Shown one piece after another: positions 36,689 through 45,263 of a stretch of 64,000 nucleotides of DNA. The stretch lies in the IMG/VR virus record IMGVR_UViG_3300025407_001359, one strand, 5' to 3'. The notes under the pieces were generated by a model. That model did no database searches. It was not told the DNA's origin and saw nothing but the letters and a program-made list of their open reading frames with translations. The position numbers were made by a program, and so were the translations under genes. The DNA is from a virus. Each line of letters opens with the position of its first letter. The first letter of the stretch is position 1.

Positions 36689-36922
36689 ATGTCATATACA
36701 GTTTTTAAACACGATCCCAAGTGGCAACCACGCAAAGGCCTAGAAGGCCCGTTTCACTATCCCAATGGGCAGGTGCTATACTACGATCCTCAAGCGGGTC
36801 AATATTACGACCCTACCACCGATTTTTATGTGGACAATGCAGATGTTGCGAAATTACAACAGTCTATTCTTGACGCCATTGCACGGGATTATTGTGATCC
36901 GTGGCAGTTTGTAACAGTCTAA
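36689..36922 (+). CDS. Small hypothetical phage protein
   Basis: GPFHYPNGQVLYYDPQAGQYYDPTTDFY aromatic-rich motif. Confidence 0.65.
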   Translation: MSYTVFKHDPKWQPRKGLEGPFHYPNGQVLYYDPQAGQYYDPTTDFYVDNADVAKLQQSILDAIARDYCDPWQFVTV

Positions 36923-36928
36923 TTTGGG

Positions 36929-36957
36929 TTGACCCAAAAATGCCAAAATGCTATAAT
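36929..36957 (+). promoter_or_regulatory. Early sigma70 promoter
   Basis: TTGACC-CAAAAATGCCAAAATGC-TATAAT. Confidence 0.88.
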
Positions 36958-36986
36958 ACTTGTATAGTGAATAACAAGGAGTTGAA

Positions 36987-37849
36987 ATGTTCGAAACACT
37001 AGTAGATCAATTGGTTAAAGTGACACTCACAAATGAGCCAGTCAAAACTGAGTTTTACAATGGTACCTTGTTTGTTCGTACCATTACCGAAACGCAGGCT
37101 CGCACGGTGTTTCATCGATTAAGCGAGACATTTGGGTTAGGTAAAGTCGTTGTTAGCCCAATTGGCGATACTGGCGAATTTGCTTACGATTTTATCTAAG
37201 GAGACAGTATGACCAAAAAACATTTTATCGCAATGGCTCAAGAAATCAAGGCAATTCCTGTTTTGTCGGAGCGATTGACAGCGGCCATTGCGTTTTGCAA
37301 AGTGGCACGAATGGCCAATCCTAGATTTGATCAGGCCCGTTTTTTAGATGCGTGTGAGGTTTGATATGATCAATGTCACTGATATTCGTTCAGCATTGGT
37401 AACAGGTCAATTTGGCAATGCCGACTTGATTGCTATTCAAGAAGCCCTGACCTTTGCTCGCAATCAATTGGCTCGCCGCAATACTGGTCAATTTCTCAAA
37501 GGCGACACAGTAAAATTCAAGTCCAGCCGTAATAACCAGTTTTACCAAGGCGTGATTGAAAAGGTCAATATCAAGAATATTTTGGTTCGCACTCCAGTTG
37601 GTGTATATCGCGTACCAGCCAATATGGTAGAAACAGTATGATCATCGTTGATGTTGGGTTGGTGTTTGTTGCAGTAGGTATTGTTGGTTTAATTGTGTCG
37701 TATTTGATATGGAGAACATTATGAGAATGTTTATTGCAGGTACTATCTTTGGTTTGGTTTTGGCTACCGTGGGCTTTTCGGGTATTGCTAGAATGTTGGA
37801 TCGCGGAGTTGACGTGGTCAAAACCCAAAGTACAGAGTTGGCCAAGTAA
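36987..37849 (+). CDS. Early operon of five small hypothetical ORFs (36987-37199, 37209-37364, 37366-37641, 37638-37724, 37721-37849)
   Basis: Contiguous or overlapping ORFs with AAGGAG-type RBS; last two are single-TM peptides (own translations). Confidence 0.6.
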
Positions 37850-37973
37850 TTTTGGCAAAAGAATTTCATATTTAGGTTGACTCTAAATTCGAATTAACTT
37901 ATAATATGAAATATGTTGGAGTGTGTCCAGCATAATTTAACTGTAGTTTTTAACTTAAATGGAGTGTTTTAAA

Positions 37974-38300
37974 ATGGATAAATTGTTCAAAGTTGGTGGC
38001 GTTTCTAAGACTAAAGGTCAATACAAAGTGCGTTTCGCATCTGATATGACTCGTGTCAAGATCTTGGCCAAGACTGATAGTGATATCAATCTTGTTGAGT
38101 TGCCAAAAGCAATGACCAAGCCAGAATTGGTAACTTTCTTGAAAGGTACTGATTTGTATGCTAACGGTAATTACCGTGCAGCTATCGATGCAGCTGATGC
38201 CAAGTACAATGGTACCGTATCTGCCAAAGCTGGTAAAGTCAAGCCAAGCCTTGATGCTATCAAAGCTCGTGCAACAGCCAAAGACGCTGTAGCTGAGTAA
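37974..38300 (+). CDS. Hypothetical basic protein
   Basis: MDKLFKVGGVSKTKGQYKVRFA; promoter TTGACT-N17-TATAAT at 37877-37905; GGAG RBS. Confidence 0.7.
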   Translation: MDKLFKVGGVSKTKGQYKVRFASDMTRVKILAKTDSDINLVELPKAMTKPELVTFLKGTDLYANGNYRAAIDAADAKYNGTVSAKAGKVKPSLDAIKARATAKDAVAE

Positions 38301-38341
38301 TACTCGTAAGGGCATCGCTGGGAAGCGTATTAGCCCCTTAC

Positions 38342-38496
38342 TATCAGCAAGTGTTTGAGACGGAAACATAGGTATCGTTGGCAGACGTGTCAACTATGCG
38401 GGCCTAACTGGCGTGGAACAGGTCCTAACATAACTAGCCATACGCTATTGCCGGGAAGCACCCGACGCATAAATTGGCACTCGAACACTTACTAAT
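38342..38496 (+). ncRNA. Unassigned structured RNA
   Basis: Closing stem AAGTGTTTGAG/CTCGAACACTT; inner stems GTTGGCA/TGTCAAC, TATGCG/CGCATA, GGGCCT/AGGTCC, CGGG/CCCG; no ORF. Confidence 0.55.
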
Positions 38497-38505
38497 AGTA
38501 TAAAT

Positions 38506-38592
38506 ATGATTATGACATATTTAGCCTGTTTGATCGCTGTAGCAGTTTTACTCTATGTAATGATAGAGATAAAAAACTGGTTGGATTTTTAA
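38506..38592 (+). CDS. 28-aa hydrophobic peptide
   Basis: MIMTYLACLIAVAVLLYVMIEIKNWLDF*; TATAAATA abuts the ATG. Confidence 0.4.
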   Translation: MIMTYLACLIAVAVLLYVMIEIKNWLDF

Positions 38593-38598
38593 AGAATT

Positions 38599-38914
38599 GT
38601 TGTAACTCCTTTAGAGTGAAGGCATTGCGGACGTGGGTGCGATTCCCACCACCTCCACCTAAACGTATTGTTGATCTGGGACACGAAGTCGTGCAGTTAG
38701 TCTAAGATCCCATTGTTTAGTGGGTACACAGGGGCAGATCCTGTACAGTATGTTTAGTTGGGGGTGACTAGTTTCGACGTGGTGAGATAGCAACGAAGGC
38801 AACAGGACAGAGCAGTCCAAAAAACTAAAAAAAGTAAACGCAAACGACTCACAGTTCGCATTGGCAGCCTAAGGGCCGCCTAGGGCAGGAAATGCCTCGT
38901 AACAGAAACAACCA
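38599..38914 (+). ncRNA. ssrA: Circularly permuted (two-piece) tmRNA; tag ANDSQFALAA
   Basis: Acceptor piece 38599-38659 (T-arm GTGGG-TGCGATT-CCCAC, CACCTCC-A-CC) precedes coding piece starting GGGGGTGACTAGTTTCGAC at 38760; G3:U70 pair; tag ORF 38840-38872. Confidence 0.92.
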
Positions 38915-38939
38915 TTGTGTTGCCTAAAAACAACACCTT

Positions 38940-38964
38940 AAACCCCCTGAAAATGGGGGTTTTT
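38940..38964 (+). terminator. Rho-independent terminator after tmRNA
   Basis: AAACCCCC-TGAAAAT-GGGGGTTT-TT. Confidence 0.85.
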
Positions 38965-38981
38965 GCTGGCCTAAATTTTGG

Positions 38982-39010
38982 TTGATCCAAAAAGGCCAAA
39001 ATGCTATAAT
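38982..39010 (+). promoter_or_regulatory. Early sigma70 promoter
   Basis: TTGATC-CAAAAAGGCCAAAATGC-TATAAT. Confidence 0.85.
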
Positions 39011-39040
39011 ACTTGTATAGTTAATAAAAAGGAGCTAGAA

Positions 39041-39271
39041 ATGAGTCAAGTACAATACAAAGTAGGTGATGATGTTAGTCACGGTATCGGCGGCGATCGT
39101 TACTATGATGGCAAAATTTCCCGTATTACCAAGCGTTTTATTTTCACAGATTCAGGTCGTCAATACACTCGCAAAGAGGACAAAAATGGTCGTGTGTATT
39201 ACACCCAAACCGGTTGTCGGTACTGCTACCTGATTCCAGGTATTCAAGAGTATATGGACCCGCATTTTTGA
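39041..39271 (+). CDS. Small SH3-like hypothetical protein
   Basis: MSQVQYKVGDDV; AAGGAG RBS. Confidence 0.65.
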   Translation: MSQVQYKVGDDVSHGIGGDRYYDGKISRITKRFIFTDSGRQYTRKEDKNGRVYYTQTGCRYCYLIPGIQEYMDPHF

Positions 39272-39277
39272 TTTGGG

Positions 39278-39306
39278 TTGACCCAAAATTGCCAAAATGC
39301 TATAAT
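39278..39306 (+). promoter_or_regulatory. Early sigma70 promoter
   Basis: TTGACC-CAAAATTGCCAAAATGC-TATAAT. Confidence 0.88.
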
Positions 39307-39334
39307 GTTACATACAGTTAAAAAAGGAGCCGAA

Positions 39335-39670
39335 ATGACCAGTGCAGATATTCAAAACATTTTGATCGAAGCCAAACAGGCCGCTCGCGAAGCCGCTGAA
39401 CAGTTCTTCCAGGAGAAGTTGGGCGGTGTTGACAAATACTCGTGCGGTTTTGCCTGGGTAGAGATCTACGGTGTCAAAGGCAATACTAAATTGGGCCGGG
39501 CATTCAAAGCCGCAGGCATCAACAAGAATTATTCCGGTGCTTACTCAATTTGGAATCCAGCAGGCCTTGGTGTGCAAAACATTGACACCCTTGAAGCAGG
39601 TGCTGAAGCGGCAGCCCGGGTTTTTGAGAAGTATGGTTTCCGTGCTTATGCTGGTAGCCGTTTAGACTAA
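39335..39670 (+). CDS. Conserved hypothetical phage protein
   Basis: CGFAWVEI...YAGSRLD motif; start MTSAD after AAGGAG. Confidence 0.7.
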   Translation: MTSADIQNILIEAKQAAREAAEQFFQEKLGGVDKYSCGFAWVEIYGVKGNTKLGRAFKAAGINKNYSGAYSIWNPAGLGVQNIDTLEAGAEAAARVFEKYGFRAYAGSRLD

Positions 39671-40014
39671 TGAAGTTCTACAAAGAAACCACAAAAGATT
39701 GGGCGGCACCAACGCCCAATCACATTTACTTGCTGTCAACAGACAAGAGCAAAATGTACGGTTACATCAAAGCCGGTACCGAAGAAGTAACAGTGGTCAA
39801 AAAGGCCTATCCGTTTGATGCTCGACGTAGAACTTTTCGAGAAGTGCCAGAATTAGGCGAGTTAAGTTTGGACGATGTCCGTACTGAAACCTGGGAATTT
39901 GTAGGCAGTAAGGGCGACAAGTATATTGTTGAGAAAACGGATAATATGTTAAAATGCAGTTGTCCAGGTTTTACATATCGCGGTGATTGCAAGCACGTCA
40001 GGGAGATTGCATAA
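39670..40014 (+). CDS. SWIM zinc-finger protein
   Basis: GSKGDKYIV...CSCPGFTYRGDCKH. Confidence 0.75.
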   Translation: MKFYKETTKDWAAPTPNHIYLLSTDKSKMYGYIKAGTEEVTVVKKAYPFDARRRTFREVPELGELSLDDVRTETWEFVGSKGDKYIVEKTDNMLKCSCPGFTYRGDCKHVREIA

Positions 40015-40469
40015 TGGGAACTAGATCAAGTATTGCCATCAAACACGGTGAGCGAATCAAGGCCATCTACTGTCATTGGGACGGTTATCTTGAAGGTGTG
40101 GGTGCGACCTTGTCGGAACACTATTCCAGTTCACCCAAAGTAAACAATCTAATTGCTTTGGGTGATGTCAGTAGCCTGGGCGAAGAAATTGGAGTTGAAC
40201 ACGCATTCAGCACCATGAATTTGACCGACGAAGAAAAACAAGCCTACGAACTCGAACACGGACGTTCTTGTACCTTTTACGGTCGTGACCGCGGCGAAGA
40301 AGGCGTGGAGTTTCGCAGTTTTGGTTCTGAAGCCGAATGGATTGATCATTATGAAGGTGCCGGTGCTCAATATTTTTACTTGTTTGATCACGGTGTTTGG
40401 TACTATTCAACTGGCGGCGACTTGCTACCTTTACACGAACATTTAAAACAGGAGACAGCAAATGCCTAA
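40014..40469 (+). CDS. Conserved hypothetical phage protein
   Basis: MGTRSSI...IYCHWDGY motif. Confidence 0.7.
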   Translation: MGTRSSIAIKHGERIKAIYCHWDGYLEGVGATLSEHYSSSPKVNNLIALGDVSSLGEEIGVEHAFSTMNLTDEEKQAYELEHGRSCTFYGRDRGEEGVEFRSFGSEAEWIDHYEGAGAQYFYLFDHGVWYYSTGGDLLPLHEHLKQETANA

Positions 40470-41004
40470 TTGGTGTGGAAATACCCTAACAATCACTCAC
40501 GAAAATCCTGCAATGATTAGTCGTGCCAAAGCGGCCTTTGCCGAAGGTAACTTTTTAAATGAGTTTATTCCTAACCCCGCAGGTGAGTGGGACTACGATT
40601 GGTCCGTTGCAAACTGGGGTACCAAATGGGACGTGGGCGATGGCAACGGCATCCAAACCTGGGACGATCACGAACTGGTTGTTTATTTTGATAGTGCGTG
40701 GAGCCCTCCTATTACAGCCTACGAAAAATTGATGGACCTGGGTTTTACAGTCTATGCTACCTACTATGAACCAGGCTCGGCTTTTGCTGGTATTTGGGAA
40801 GATGGTATAGACGACCATTATGACCTATCGGGTATGGATTCGGGCGATGTTGAACAGCAGTTGCCATCCGAATTAAATGACACATTTGGTATTTCGGAAA
40901 CAATGGCCGAGTACGAAGCTGAACAAGAAGATGAAGTCACAGTCTGGTACAAAGACGGGGTCGAAGCAACCGGACTTATACCACACGAGGTTCCAAAAAA
41001 ATGA
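40462..41004 (+). CDS. DUF1281/YubB ferredoxin-like domain protein
   Basis: MPNWCGN, WSVANWGTKWD, FDSAWSPP. Confidence 0.75.
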   Translation: MPNWCGNTLTITHENPAMISRAKAAFAEGNFLNEFIPNPAGEWDYDWSVANWGTKWDVGDGNGIQTWDDHELVVYFDSAWSPPITAYEKLMDLGFTVYATYYEPGSAFAGIWEDGIDDHYDLSGMDSGDVEQQLPSELNDTFGISETMAEYEAEQEDEVTVWYKDGVEATGLIPHEVPKK

Positions 41005-41177
41005 TACTGGCTCAAATTGGGTTGTTTCTTAGTATAGGATTGGGCATTGGATTTTTTGGTGCTATGTTGGTGGCCGCCCTATTAGATTGGCGTCAGGCTC
41101 GACAGCAACGCAAGGATCAAGTGTGGACTGAATTGAAACGTACCGATTATGAACCACGTAGACCGGCAGCAAAATAA
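41001..41177 (+). CDS. Small membrane protein (58 aa)
   Basis: Own translation MILAQIGLFLSIGLGIGFFGAMLVAALLDWRQAR...*. Confidence 0.5.
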   Translation: MILAQIGLFLSIGLGIGFFGAMLVAALLDWRQARQQRKDQVWTELKRTDYEPRRPAAK

Positions 41178-41180
41178 CAC

Positions 41181-41209
41181 TTGCTCAAAGAATGCCAAAA
41201 TGCTATAAT
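41181..41209 (+). promoter_or_regulatory. Early sigma70 promoter
   Basis: TTGCTC-AAAGAATGCCAAAATGC-TATAAT. Confidence 0.8.
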
Positions 41210-41238
41210 AATACATTGTTTAAAATTACGGAGCCAAA

Positions 41239-42549
41239 ATGCTAAAACCCTGGGAAGTTATTCAAGAACTGGAAATAGACAACAGTCGTTTGGTCAAAGA
41301 AGCGATTGTCAAACGTGAAGCTGAAGCTGGCAACACTGATTTCTTTCGCGGTGCCCGTGCCGCATTGGATTCCATGATTACTTTTGGTATTCGACAAGTT
41401 GAAGAAAAGAAGGGTGACGGCCGAGGACTCAATCCCGACAAGTTTTGGGAAACAGCACAGGCTCTAGCCGAAAGAAAATTGACCGGCAACGACGCTGTCA
41501 ACGCAGTCAGTTATATGCGTATGAATGCACGAGAGACCGAATGGAACCTGTGGTATCGACGTATTCTTATCAAAGATCTGCGCTGTGGCGTCAGTGAAAA
41601 AACAATCAACAAAATGGTGGAGGCAGTCAATGGAGATTATGTTATACCTGTTTTTAGTTGCCAACTTGCTCACGATGGTGCTAACCACGAAAGCAAGGTC
41701 TCAGGACGCAAACTCATCGAAGTTAAGCTGGATGGAGTACGTGTTATTACTATCGTCTATCCAAGTGGGAATGTTGATCAGTATAGTCGTAATGGCAAGG
41801 AACTAGTAAACTTTGAACATATAAAACAGCAAATTGCCAAACACGCAATCTTTTTTCGAGAACCAATGGTGTTGGATGGCGAAGTGATGTCAAGCAGTTT
41901 TCAAGACCTGATGCGTCAAGTGCATCGCAAAACTGATGTGGCTGCATCTGATGCTGTGCTAAATGTGTTTGATATTTTGACACTGAAAGAATTTCAAGCC
42001 GGCATCAGTGCCAGTTCGCAACAGGATCGCAGTAACGCACTTCGTGTATGGTATGCTCCTATAGCAGATCATATGCCCAACGTCACTATCTTGGGCAACG
42101 AACTGGTGGACTTGGACACTGAAGTGGGCCAGGCACGTTTTAGCGAAATCAATGCTCAAGCAATCGCAGGTGGATACGAAGGTATCATGATCAAAGACCC
42201 AACCGCAGTTTATGAATGCAAGCGATCGGTAGCGTGGCTCAAGCAAAAGCCCTTTATTGAAGTTAGTTTAACAGTAGTAGGCACCGAAGAAGGTACTGGT
42301 AAAAACGCCGGACGTCTTGGTGCATTAATTGTAGAAGGAACAGATGATGGTAAACTTATCAGGACCAATGTGGGATCCGGACTTACAGATGATAATCGCA
42401 TTAGCTATTGGGCCAGTCGGCATAACCTTATCGGTAATATTGTGGAAGTACGTGCCGATGCTGTTACGCAAAATCAAGACGGTTCATATTCATTGAGATT
42501 CCCCCGATTCAAAGGATTCCGCGGTTTTGAACCAGGAGAAAAAATTTGA
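41239..42549 (+). CDS. lig: ATP-dependent DNA ligase (T4 gp30-like)
   Basis: EVKLDGVR (motif I), LDGEV, EGIMIK, WLKQK, SLRFPRF. Confidence 0.95.
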   Translation: MLKPWEVIQELEIDNSRLVKEAIVKREAEAGNTDFFRGARAALDSMITFGIRQVEEKKGDGRGLNPDKFWETAQALAERKLTGNDAVNAVSYMRMNARETEWNLWYRRILIKDLRCGVSEKTINKMVEAVNGDYVIPVFSCQLAHDGANHESKVSGRKLIEVKLDGVRVITIVYPSGNVDQYSRNGKELVNFEHIKQQIAKHAIFFREPMVLDGEVMSSSFQDLMRQVHRKTDVAASDAVLNVFDILTLKEFQAGISASSQQDRSNALRVWYAPIADHMPNVTILGNELVDLDTEVGQARFSEINAQAIAGGYEGIMIKDPTAVYECKRSVAWLKQKPFIEVSLTVVGTEEGTGKNAGRLGALIVEGTDDGKLIRTNVGSGLTDDNRISYWASRHNLIGNIVEVRADAVTQNQDGSYSLRFPRFKGFRGFEPGEKI

Positions 42550-42935
42550 AAAAAGAACTAGATGAACAGTTGTGTAAAAAATACCCCAAACTGTTTGCAA
42601 ATCGCAATGCCGATATGCAGACCACTGCTATGTGTTGGGGTTTTGAATGTGGCGATGGTTGGTTTGATTTGATCGACGAACTGTGTTGGAATATACAAAG
42701 CTACATTGACAACAACAGCAGACCCGACAGACAAATACCACAGGTTGTGGTAGAACAGGTCAAGGAAAAGTTTGGCACACTACGTTTTTATTACCAAGGT
42801 GGCAACGAATTGATTCACGGTATGACCTGGTTTGCTGAATCAATGTCGGGTCGTATTTGTGAACAATGTGGCCGGCCTGGAAAAGAACGTGGCGGTGGCT
42901 GGATTAGAACTGCCTGCGAGGAACACGCACAATGA
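42546..42935 (+). CDS. Conserved hypothetical phage protein
   Basis: ECGDGW...QVKEKFGTLRFY...CEQCG. Confidence 0.75.
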   Translation: MKKELDEQLCKKYPKLFANRNADMQTTAMCWGFECGDGWFDLIDELCWNIQSYIDNNSRPDRQIPQVVVEQVKEKFGTLRFYYQGGNELIHGMTWFAESMSGRICEQCGRPGKERGGGWIRTACEEHAQ

Positions 42936-43099
42936 GTCGTTATCACTGGATCAAAACCATTGTGGAAGATGACAACGGTGAGCTCTTGCTGGATATCAAA
43001 GAAGCCTGCGAAGAGTTGGGATGGCAACCGGGCGATACAATTGAATGGATTGACAACAAAGACGGTACTTGGACACTACGGAAAAAGGAAACAAAATGA
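42932..43099 (+). CDS. AbrB/MazE-like small protein (55 aa)
   Basis: Own translation ...GELLLDI...LGWQPGDTIEWIDNKDGTWTLRK. Confidence 0.55.
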   Translation: MSRYHWIKTIVEDDNGELLLDIKEACEELGWQPGDTIEWIDNKDGTWTLRKKETK

Positions 43100-43404
43100 C
43101 ATTACATATTACTTACGAAAACGCCACCCTAGAAGATCTAGATCTAGATGATCGCAACCGCGAACTTAGAAACTTGCTGAGCAAACACGACTGTGAAGTT
43201 ACATTCACCAAAGTCAATGGCGAGTTGCGTACCATGCCTTGTACCTTGCGTACCGAAGCAATGCCGGCTCGTGTGGTCACAGAAGAATACCAAACCACTC
43301 GGTTGTACAAGCCAGAAACCTTGAGTGTGTGGTGCTTGGACAAAAGCGAATGGCGAGCTTTCAAAGTGGCCAACGTGAAGGAAATCCGTGTCATTGGATC
43401 GTGA
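43096..43404 (+). CDS. WYL-like SH3 beta-barrel protein (DUF2693-like)
   Basis: VTFTKVNGELRTMPCT...VWCLDKSEWRAFK. Confidence 0.7.
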   Translation: MTLHITYENATLEDLDLDDRNRELRNLLSKHDCEVTFTKVNGELRTMPCTLRTEAMPARVVTEEYQTTRLYKPETLSVWCLDKSEWRAFKVANVKEIRVIGS

Positions 43405-43801
43405 TCTAGTAGAGGACTTGTGGCAGTCCAAGGAGTTCTTGCACAAGATTAAAACTCGCGATGACTATGCTCAAAATGTCTACGCGGCCTTGTGCAATAT
43501 GCGTTGGCAACCTGCCGACGTGTTTCCTATACTCAAGGATGAGTATTGGACGTGTAGCTGGCGTAGTGCCGGTGGTATTGTGGCAGACTTTCGTCGTTCG
43601 GTTGCCACAGAAGATTATATGGATTGGTACTGCTCGGGTATAGGCGGCCTAGGTGGTTTTGATTTGGATGACGAACACAAATCCCAGGCCGAATTTGTTG
43701 CTAAAAAATATGTACCAGAAGGAACTGTAACCGATGAAATACGTGAGGATTTTGCGGCTCTGGGTTGGACTCCGAGTGAATGGCCTGATGACAAGGATTA
43801 A
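43388..43801 (+). CDS. Conserved hypothetical protein (paralogue of 45264-45633)
   Basis: YAQNVYAALCN...SWRSAGGIVAD...YMDWYCSG. Confidence 0.7.
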   Translation: MSLDRDLVEDLWQSKEFLHKIKTRDDYAQNVYAALCNMRWQPADVFPILKDEYWTCSWRSAGGIVADFRRSVATEDYMDWYCSGIGGLGGFDLDDEHKSQAEFVAKKYVPEGTVTDEIREDFAALGWTPSEWPDDKD

Positions 43802-43805
43802 AAGT

Positions 43806-44220
43806 ATGTTGACACGCGATGTTGAAAAAATGATTATGGGTAGTATCAAAGAGATCTTGAAAGATCGACAGTATTTTTATTACTCAACTGTGGGACCGGA
43901 CTATTGTCATTTGACCGAAGAAGGCAAAGATGCTATAATAGACATAGTCAACATTTTAGGTTCTAGAATGTTAGTGGCAATTGAAAAAGAAGATATTGAA
44001 CGCAGTAAACAACTGGTGTTGGACCAACTTAAAGGAAAATGAAATGACTTGCAGAGGATATGACCCAAAAGCAGTAAAGGTATCAAAAAGTGTCAAGCGT
44101 TTGGCCGCTACCATTACTGATAACCAGCAACGCAGAGCATTGGTTAAAAGTTACGCTGTGGCTATTGCAGCCAATGCTCGTGCCGGTGCTCGCAGATCTG
44201 GCCCAGGCAAAGACGAATAA
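43806..44220 (+). CDS. Two small hypothetical ORFs (43806-44042, 44044-44220)
   Basis: In-operon ORFs; starts MLTRD and MTCRG. Confidence 0.55.
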
Positions 44221-44831
44221 TGGGTAGAATATTTGAACGTGCTGAACAGTATTTGGATCAACTCGATCCAGGTGTGTTTGTGGAAATTGGCACCAGCCGC
44301 GGTGGTGATGACGGTAGCACACGCAAAATAGCTGTGTGGGCCGAACAGCTAGATACCTATCTAACCACGGTGGATATGGATCCATTGAATTGTTCCTTTG
44401 TTGAGCGTATGCAAACTCCCAGAACCACCATTGTCAACAGCACCGGTGAAGACTATCTAAACAAACGAACATTTGCCGAACGTCCCATTAGTTTTTTGTA
44501 CTTGGACAACTTTGATTGGGATTGGCACCCAGACAATACCGAAGATTTTGTTTTGGAACAACAAAAACGCTATGCTAATTTTGGTATTACCATGAACAAC
44601 GTAAACAGCCAACGTGCCCATTTGGCTCAGGCCATTGCAGCCTTGGGACATATGACTGCTCGCAGTTTAATTGTGTGTGATGACACTTGGTTCAATCCTT
44701 GGCACGGTCATTACAGTGGAAAATCAGGTGCGGTTGTGCCATATCTACTGAATCACGGCTACGAAGTGTTGGATACTGAAGAACGACCAGTTTATGGAAC
44801 TATTTTGGGCAGAGGAATAGTAAAAAAGTAA
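44220..44831 (+). CDS. Class I SAM-dependent methyltransferase
   Basis: FVEIGTSRG, TVDMD, FLYLDN, IVCDD. Confidence 0.7.
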   Translation: MGRIFERAEQYLDQLDPGVFVEIGTSRGGDDGSTRKIAVWAEQLDTYLTTVDMDPLNCSFVERMQTPRTTIVNSTGEDYLNKRTFAERPISFLYLDNFDWDWHPDNTEDFVLEQQKRYANFGITMNNVNSQRAHLAQAIAALGHMTARSLIVCDDTWFNPWHGHYSGKSGAVVPYLLNHGYEVLDTEERPVYGTILGRGIVKK

Positions 44832-44926
44832 CGGTTTGGTAAAATTAGCTATTGCATTGTACACAAGAATAGTGCATAATACACAAATGCTGTTACTAAC
44901 AGCTCTTATTTAAAAGGAAATCTAAA

Positions 44927-45196
44927 ATGTTTGATCTTTCAACAAAACAAGGTAAGTTATTTAACGCATTAGTTCTCAATGGTGAGACTTTGACTGCTAG
45001 CCAAATTAGCAAGCGTTTTGGTATCAAGAATCCAACTGCTACTGTTAGCGACATTCGTTACAGTGGTTTTGCTATCTACGCTAACAAGCGTAAAGCTGGC
45101 AACGGTGTTAAGGTTACTGAATACAAACACGGTAAGGCTTCACGTCGTATCGTTTCAGCTGGTTACAAGGCTATCGCAGCTGGTTTAGTAGATTAA
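44927..45196 (+). CDS. Small basic winged-helix-like DNA-binding protein
   Basis: LTASQISKRFGIKNPTATVSDIR helix-turn-helix; biased codons; own promoter and terminator. Confidence 0.55.
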   Translation: MFDLSTKQGKLFNALVLNGETLTASQISKRFGIKNPTATVSDIRYSGFAIYANKRKAGNGVKVTEYKHGKASRRIVSAGYKAIAAGLVD

Positions 45197-45219
45197 TAGT
45201 CAACTAAACTGATGTGTTC

Positions 45220-45242
45220 AAACCCGCTTCGGCGGGTTTTTT
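45220..45242 (+). terminator. Rho-independent terminator with UUCG loop
   Basis: AAACCCGC-TTCG-GCGGGTTT-TTT. Confidence 0.9.
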
Positions 45243-45263
45243 CTTTTGCGTCATATATAATTA

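Noticed and set aside
38342-38496. SRP RNA or cobalamin/SAM riboswitch (GGAAGCA, GGGAAG motifs)
   Set aside because: The helix-8 context of SRP and the conserved riboswitch cores are missing.
38660-38759. Self-cleaving ribozyme in the tmRNA intervening segment
   Set aside because: No hammerhead (CUGAUGA/GAAA), HDV, twister or pistol core could be fitted.
24746-41209. CRISPR array from the repeated GCCAAAATGCTATA units
   Set aside because: The copies are dispersed, irregularly spaced and coincide with promoters; no cas genes are present.
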